DNA from: Acidobacteriota bacterium
GTDB taxonomy: Bacteria; Acidobacteriota; G020349885
DNA length: 64,000 bases
Direction: 5' to 3'
Assembly: GCA_020349885.1 (NCBI GenBank)
Contig: CP070701.1
Location: forward strand, 907,880 to 971,879
The notes beneath the pieces are model-generated. The model made no database searches. It was not told the DNA's origin and saw only the letters and a list, made by a program, of their open reading frames with translations. The position numbers were made by a program, and so were the translations under genes. Below, piece by piece: positions 59,469 through 64,000 of this stretch. Every line of letters starts with the position of its first letter. Within the stretch, counting starts at the first letter, position 1.

Positions 59469-59632
59469 AGCTTTTTTCCCTTTCTGTTTTTTTTAAGTTT
59501 TCCGAGAAAATCGTAACCCAGCAGAACCCGGGTGACGCCCGGGAACGCATAAGTATGGATGCATGGCCGAGGTGTGTCAAGGCTCGCGCGCCCGGCGCGC
59601 GGCCGCGCGCTATTAACTATGCCGCCGGGTTT

Positions 59633-59661
59633 TGTTAGAATGGCGCGGATGGCTGAAGCGT
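59633..59661 (+). promoter_or_regulatory. Duplicated extended -10 block, copy 1
   Basis: TGTTAGAATGGCGCGGATGGCTGAAGCGT; 26/29 identical to 60704-60732. Confidence 0.55.
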
Positions 59662-59708
59662 CCGAAAACCTTGCGGTGCGCCGCGCCGAAGCAGGAAGTT
59701 AAACAGTA

Positions 59709-60617
59709 ATGCTTTCCCTGCTGAGCGGGCATTGGCTGGTGCTTACGTTAATCACGGTTTTCCTCTACGGGATTGCGGAGGGGTTGTGCAAGCAGTTCAT
59801 CGGGGACATAACGCCCCCTCGCTTCTGCCTGTATTCCGTGCCGATAGCCGCCGTGGTGTACTTGGGTTTTTATCTGATGCATGACCATCCTCCGCCGCTT
59901 GATCCCGAGGGCCGGCAGTTTCTCTTCTTCGCGGTGCTGGCCAGCCTGATGGAGAGCACGAGCGCGGTCCTTTACTTCGAGGCCCTTTCGGGCGGCCCCG
60001 TGAGCATCGTCGGCCCGATTACTGCGGCCGCTCCGGTCGTGACCGTCGTGTCGGCCCGTTTTATTTTGGATGAAATCCTGACCCCCGCCCAATACGCGGG
60101 GATTGTGCTGGTGATCGCCGCATGCATAGGCATTGCGCATGCGCATTCAGACCCGGAGCGGTCCGGCGAATCCGGGTCCGGCAAAAGGGGCACGAGCCGG
60201 CTGTGGTTCCTGCAGTCCGTTCTTGCCATGTGCGGATGGGGAATGGGGGCGACGCTGACGAAATACGCCTACCAGCTGCCCCGGGCGAACGAGGCCAATT
60301 TCATGCTGTATTGGGGATTCGCCGTGGCGATCACCCTGGGCGGGTACGGCGTGCTTCGGGAGCGAGAGTGGAAATTTCCGGCAAGGGAAATTGCCCTCGC
60401 CGCCGCGCCCCTGGTGATGTTTTCCACCGGCAGCCTGCTGCTCATCCTCGCCTATAAGTGGGGGCCGGCCTCGCTCGTGACGACTTTGCTGGCCGGCTCC
60501 ATACCCATAATGCTGGTGTACGCGTTCTTCATCATCGGGGAGAGGCTCACGCGCATTCAGTGGCTGTGCATCACGCTGGTTTTCATAGGCATGATTTTAT
60601 GCTCCGGCCCGGAGTAG
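59709..60617 (+). CDS. EamA/DMT family transporter, copy 2
   Basis: Paralogue of copy 1 (KQF.GD...RFCLY, PEGRQF, EWKFP). Confidence 0.9.
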   Translation: MLSLLSGHWLVLTLITVFLYGIAEGLCKQFIGDITPPRFCLYSVPIAAVVYLGFYLMHDHPPPLDPEGRQFLFFAVLASLMESTSAVLYFEALSGGPVSIVGPITAAAPVVTVVSARFILDEILTPAQYAGIVLVIAACIGIAHAHSDPERSGESGSGKRGTSRLWFLQSVLAMCGWGMGATLTKYAYQLPRANEANFMLYWGFAVAITLGGYGVLREREWKFPAREIALAAAPLVMFSTGSLLLILAYKWGPASLVTTLLAGSIPIMLVYAFFIIGERLTRIQWLCITLVFIGMILCSGPE

Positions 60618-60703
60618 CGAAACGGAAATGCCAAAAAAAGAGAGGTGGGGGAACGGACGCTTCTTTATATAATTTAAGGAATCTCCCATTTGCGGTTGAG
60701 TTC

Positions 60704-60732
60704 TGTTAGAATGGTGCGGATGGTCGAAGCGT
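60704..60732 (+). promoter_or_regulatory. Duplicated extended -10 block, copy 2
   Basis: TGTTAGAATGGTGCGGATGGTCGAAGCGT upstream of TPR copy 6. Confidence 0.55.
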
Positions 60733-60792
60733 TGGAGAATTTCACGTGCACCGGAAAGCCGACGGAGACGCTCTTGCGGTCAAGATGAGCCT

Positions 60793-62223
60793 ATGAGCGA
60801 AACGCCGGGGCGGCCGCGAGGAAAGGCAACCCTCTGGGTTGTGGTTGTCATCGTTGTCGTCGCGGTGGCGGGATGGTGGATGTGGAGAACCCTCCCCTCC
60901 GTTTCCCTTCTCACGCGGGGAGAGGGGGCGGAAGAAAAAAAGGAGGAACAATTCGTCATCGCGGTGGCGCCGTTCTGGGGGCCGGACGAGAGGGCCCTGG
61001 AAAAGGGCCTGGACATGCAGCGCCTGGCGGAGGAAATGTTTGAACAGGAATTGGGGGACGAGGAGAACGTAACGATCCTGGCGGATGATTTCATCCCGCC
61101 CCGCACCGAGGAGGAGGCAAGGGTCCTCGGCGAAACGCTCCAGGCGGACCTCATCCTCTGGGGCCAGATACATACGTTTCCCAGCTACCTGGAAATTCGA
61201 CCCCACCTCGAGCTCCTGAGGACCATCCGGTGGCTGCGGGAGAGGGAGAGTTCCGTGCTGGTGTTTTTCACCCTGCCCGAGGAGATGAGCCTGGAAAAGA
61301 TAGGAGCGCAGGATCTTCGCAACGCGGCGCGTCTCGTGATGGCCGCACACTACCAGGGCGAGCCAGACAAGGCGCTCGGCTTCCTGCAAAAGATCGACCC
61401 TCCCACCGCCGAGAGCCTGCGCTGGCAGGGTAACATTTACGTCTTTCAAAACAACTGGGAAGAAGCGGAAGTCTTATTTCAACAAGCCATCGCGCTCGAC
61501 CCGGAATACGCCGTGCTGCACGTCGACGTGGGATGGGCTCACACCTACCAGGAAGAATACGAGGAGGCGCTTTCGAGCTTTCAGAAGGCCATGGAGCTCG
61601 ACCCGAAGGACGCCGAGGCGCACGCCGGCCTGGGGTGGGCTTATTCCGACCTGGGAAGATACGAGGAAAGCGTACAGGAATTTCTGAAAGCCGTAGCGCT
61701 CGACCCACACAGCTTCGCTACACGCAACGGCCTGGGGTGGGTGTACTACCACATGGGAAGATACGAGGAGAGCGTCCGGGAATTCCAGACGCCCATTCCC
61801 TGGGGTTATAAAGGCGCCGAGCGTCGCACGGCCGCGGCCTCGGAGTACGAGGACAGCTACAGCCAGCTCGCCTACACGCTCGCCCTCCTGAAAACAGGCA
61901 TGGAGAAAGAAGCCCGGGCGCACGAAAAAGAGCTGAGGAAAATCTACGCGGGACTCGCGGAGGCCGAATGGCCCGCGCCCCTGGTGCGCTTCTACGCCGG
62001 CATCATCACGGAAGACGCCGCCCTCGAAGCGGCTGAAAGCGACGACGAGGAGACCGACCGCGGCCAGAAGTGCGAGGCGTACTACTACGTCGGCATGCGG
62101 CGCCTTCTCGGCGGCGACCGGGAAAAGGCCGGGGAATTTTTTAAAAAATGCCTAGCGACCGGGGCGACGACCTTCCCCGAATACCGCAGCACCGAGCGGG
62201 AGCTGGGACAATCGGAGCAGTAG
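60793..62223 (+). CDS. Membrane-anchored TolB_N-like/TPR/NlpI-like protein, copy 6
   Basis: Same VIAVAPFWG, DKAL..LQKIDPPTAESLRWQGN, WPAPL.RFY and QKCEAYYY motifs as the 34-42 kb array. Confidence 0.85.
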   Translation: MSETPGRPRGKATLWVVVVIVVVAVAGWWMWRTLPSVSLLTRGEGAEEKKEEQFVIAVAPFWGPDERALEKGLDMQRLAEEMFEQELGDEENVTILADDFIPPRTEEEARVLGETLQADLILWGQIHTFPSYLEIRPHLELLRTIRWLRERESSVLVFFTLPEEMSLEKIGAQDLRNAARLVMAAHYQGEPDKALGFLQKIDPPTAESLRWQGNIYVFQNNWEEAEVLFQQAIALDPEYAVLHVDVGWAHTYQEEYEEALSSFQKAMELDPKDAEAHAGLGWAYSDLGRYEESVQEFLKAVALDPHSFATRNGLGWVYYHMGRYEESVREFQTPIPWGYKGAERRTAAASEYEDSYSQLAYTLALLKTGMEKEARAHEKELRKIYAGLAEAEWPAPLVRFYAGIITEDAALEAAESDDEETDRGQKCEAYYYVGMRRLLGGDREKAGEFFKKCLATGATTFPEYRSTERELGQSEQ

Positions 62224-62263
62224 CAACCAAGGGGCCACAGGAAGCTAACAGGAAAGGGGTTCC

Positions 62264-63175
62264 ATGCTGATCGAGCCTTGGTTCGTACTTACAATGGTTG
62301 CGGTATTCGGCTACGGGATATCGGACGGATTGTACAAGCAATTCCTCGACGAGAGTATAACGGTCTCCCGTTTCTGCCTGTATTCCGTACCGATAACAAT
62401 CGTGGTCTACGGGTATTATTTTCTGACCAACGAGCACGCTCCGCCGTTTGCTCCGGAGGGGCGCGAGTTTATGTTCTACGTGATACTGGCCGCCACACTG
62501 GAAAACGCGGCATGGATTCTTTCCTTCGAGGCCCTTGTGAGCGGCCCCATCAGTATTATCGCCCCGGTTTGCGCGGCCTATCCGGCCGTGACCGCCGTGC
62601 TGATCTTCCTTGATGCGCGCTTCACCCATCTTTTGGATGAAACCCTGTCCCCCCATCAATACCTAGGGGTTGCGTTGGTCGTCATCGGCTGCATGGGCAT
62701 TGCGTACGAGCCTTCCACTCCCACGGAAAAGCCCGCGCGCCGATTTCTAGGGATACCCATATGGTTTATAGAGTGCGTTCTTGCCGCGATTCTATGGGGG
62801 ATCGGAGGGATGATGGACGGCTGGGTCTATGAGCTGCCCAATGCGAGCGAGGCCAATTTCGCGTTGTTTGCGGGGATTGCCACGGCGCTCGCGCTCCTTT
62901 TCTACGGCCTGATTCAGGAGCGCGAGTGGAAATTCCCCCCGATAAAGGAACCGCTGCAGGCCTTCATTCCGCTTGGGCTTAACGCCGTCGGCGACGTGGC
63001 GATCATGGTCGCCTATAACATGGGCCCGGCCACGCTCGTGACGACCCTGTCGGCCGCTTCCATCCCGATAACGCTGGTGTATGCGTTCATCATCCTCAGT
63101 GAGAGGCTTAATCGCTTTCAGTGGACGTGCATCACGCTTACTTTCATCGGCGCGATTTTATGCTCCGGCCCGTAG
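62264..63175 (+). CDS. EamA/DMT family transporter, copy 3
   Basis: Paralogue; begins 40 nt after TPR copy 6. Confidence 0.9.
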   Translation: MLIEPWFVLTMVAVFGYGISDGLYKQFLDESITVSRFCLYSVPITIVVYGYYFLTNEHAPPFAPEGREFMFYVILAATLENAAWILSFEALVSGPISIIAPVCAAYPAVTAVLIFLDARFTHLLDETLSPHQYLGVALVVIGCMGIAYEPSTPTEKPARRFLGIPIWFIECVLAAILWGIGGMMDGWVYELPNASEANFALFAGIATALALLFYGLIQEREWKFPPIKEPLQAFIPLGLNAVGDVAIMVAYNMGPATLVTTLSAASIPITLVYAFIILSERLNRFQWTCITLTFIGAILCSGP

Positions 63176-63288
63176 TAGCAAATCGGGACCGCTTGTGGTA
63201 GAGCGAGAGACCTTTAAAAACCGCCGTGTGTTGTGTAACGGATTCCTGTAACCCAATGAACAGATGAAGACAAAGGAATTATTCGAGC

Positions 63289-64000
63289 ATGCTTTTATTT
63301 GAGCCCTGGTTCGGGCTTTCATTGATTGCGGTATTCAGTTACGGGATATCGGACGGAGTGTACAAGCAATTCCTCGACGAGAGCATATCGGTCTCCCGTT
63401 TCTGCGCGTACGGCGCAATTACGACGATCTTGTTCTACGGAGGGTTCGCCTGGTACTGGCATCTGACCGAGGACCATCCTATGCCGTTCGCTCTCCATGA
63501 TTTAGAGTTTATGCTCTACGGGACTCTGTCCAGCACACTGGAGACCACGGCCTGGATTCTTACATTTGAAGCCATTGTGCACGGCCCCGTAAGTATCGTC
63601 GGCCCGATATCCGCGGCCTATCCGGCCGTGACCGCTGTTATCGTCATTCTTGATGCGCGCTACATCCATCTTTTGGATGAAATCCTGTTCCCCTGGCAAT
63701 ACGTGGGGGTTGCGGTGGTCATCCTAGGTTGCATGGGCATCGCGTACGAGCCTTCCTCTCCCACGGAGAAGCCCTCGCGCAAGATTTTAGGGATACCCAT
63801 ATGGTTTTACCAGTCCGCCCTTGCCGCGATTCTATGGGGGATCGGGGGGTTCATGGACCGCTGGGTCTACGAGCTGCCCAATGCGAGCGAGGCCAATTTT
63901 TTAATATACGGGGGAATTGGCGATGTGATATATCTCGGCGGCTACGGCCTGATCCGGGCGCGCGTGAAGAAAGAGTGGGACTTCTCGTTCAAGGAGTTTG
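63289..64000 (+). CDS. EamA/DMT family transporter, copy 4 (3' truncated by the window)
   Basis: Reads MLLFEPWFGLSLIAVFSYGISDGVYKQFLDES..., closely matching copy 3; absent from the ORF track because it has no stop in the window. Confidence 0.85.
   Translation, partial: MLLFEPWFGLSLIAVFSYGISDGVYKQFLDESISVSRFCAYGAITTILFYGGFAWYWHLTEDHPMPFALHDLEFMLYGTLSSTLETTAWILTFEAIVHGPVSIVGPISAAYPAVTAVIVILDARYIHLLDEILFPWQYVGVAVVILGCMGIAYEPSSPTEKPSRKILGIPIWFYQSALAAILWGIGGFMDRWVYELPNASEANFLIYGGIGDVIYLGGYGLIRARVKKEWDFSFKEF

Overview
GC-rich bacterial chromosomal window. Gene content (sulfatase-TPR fusion, rpsI-rpsB-tsf order, short EF-Ts, pilH/I/G-pilD block) is consistent with Acidobacteriota or a deltaproteobacterial-like lineage; this is an inference. 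About 1-33.8 kb is mostly housekeeping: trxB, pilD with a pilus-associated ABC system, moaC, mtaB, trxA, site-2 protease, alaS, ppc, maf, Crp, tsf-rpsB-rpsI, clpP-tig, tRNA-Leu and tRNA-Lys. From 34 kb onward the window is dominated by local gene amplifications and signalling. It has five tandem, mosaic, membrane-anchored TolB_N-like/TPR/NlpI-like genes plus a sixth copy at 60.8 kb, and a four-gene Sia-like partner-switching operon (binding protein, PP2C, kinase, STAS-like) with a T10 tract in its promoter spacer. It also has two tandem MATE genes and an HTH-TPR (RRNPP-like architecture) regulator beside at least four EamA paralogues and a homocysteine S-methyltransferase, with shared upstream motifs. 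A small promoter-plus-terminator RNA candidate lies at about 2.7 kb. No CRISPR array, integrase, transposase, reverse transcriptase or rRNA was seen. All calls come from reading motifs by eye; no database searches were run.
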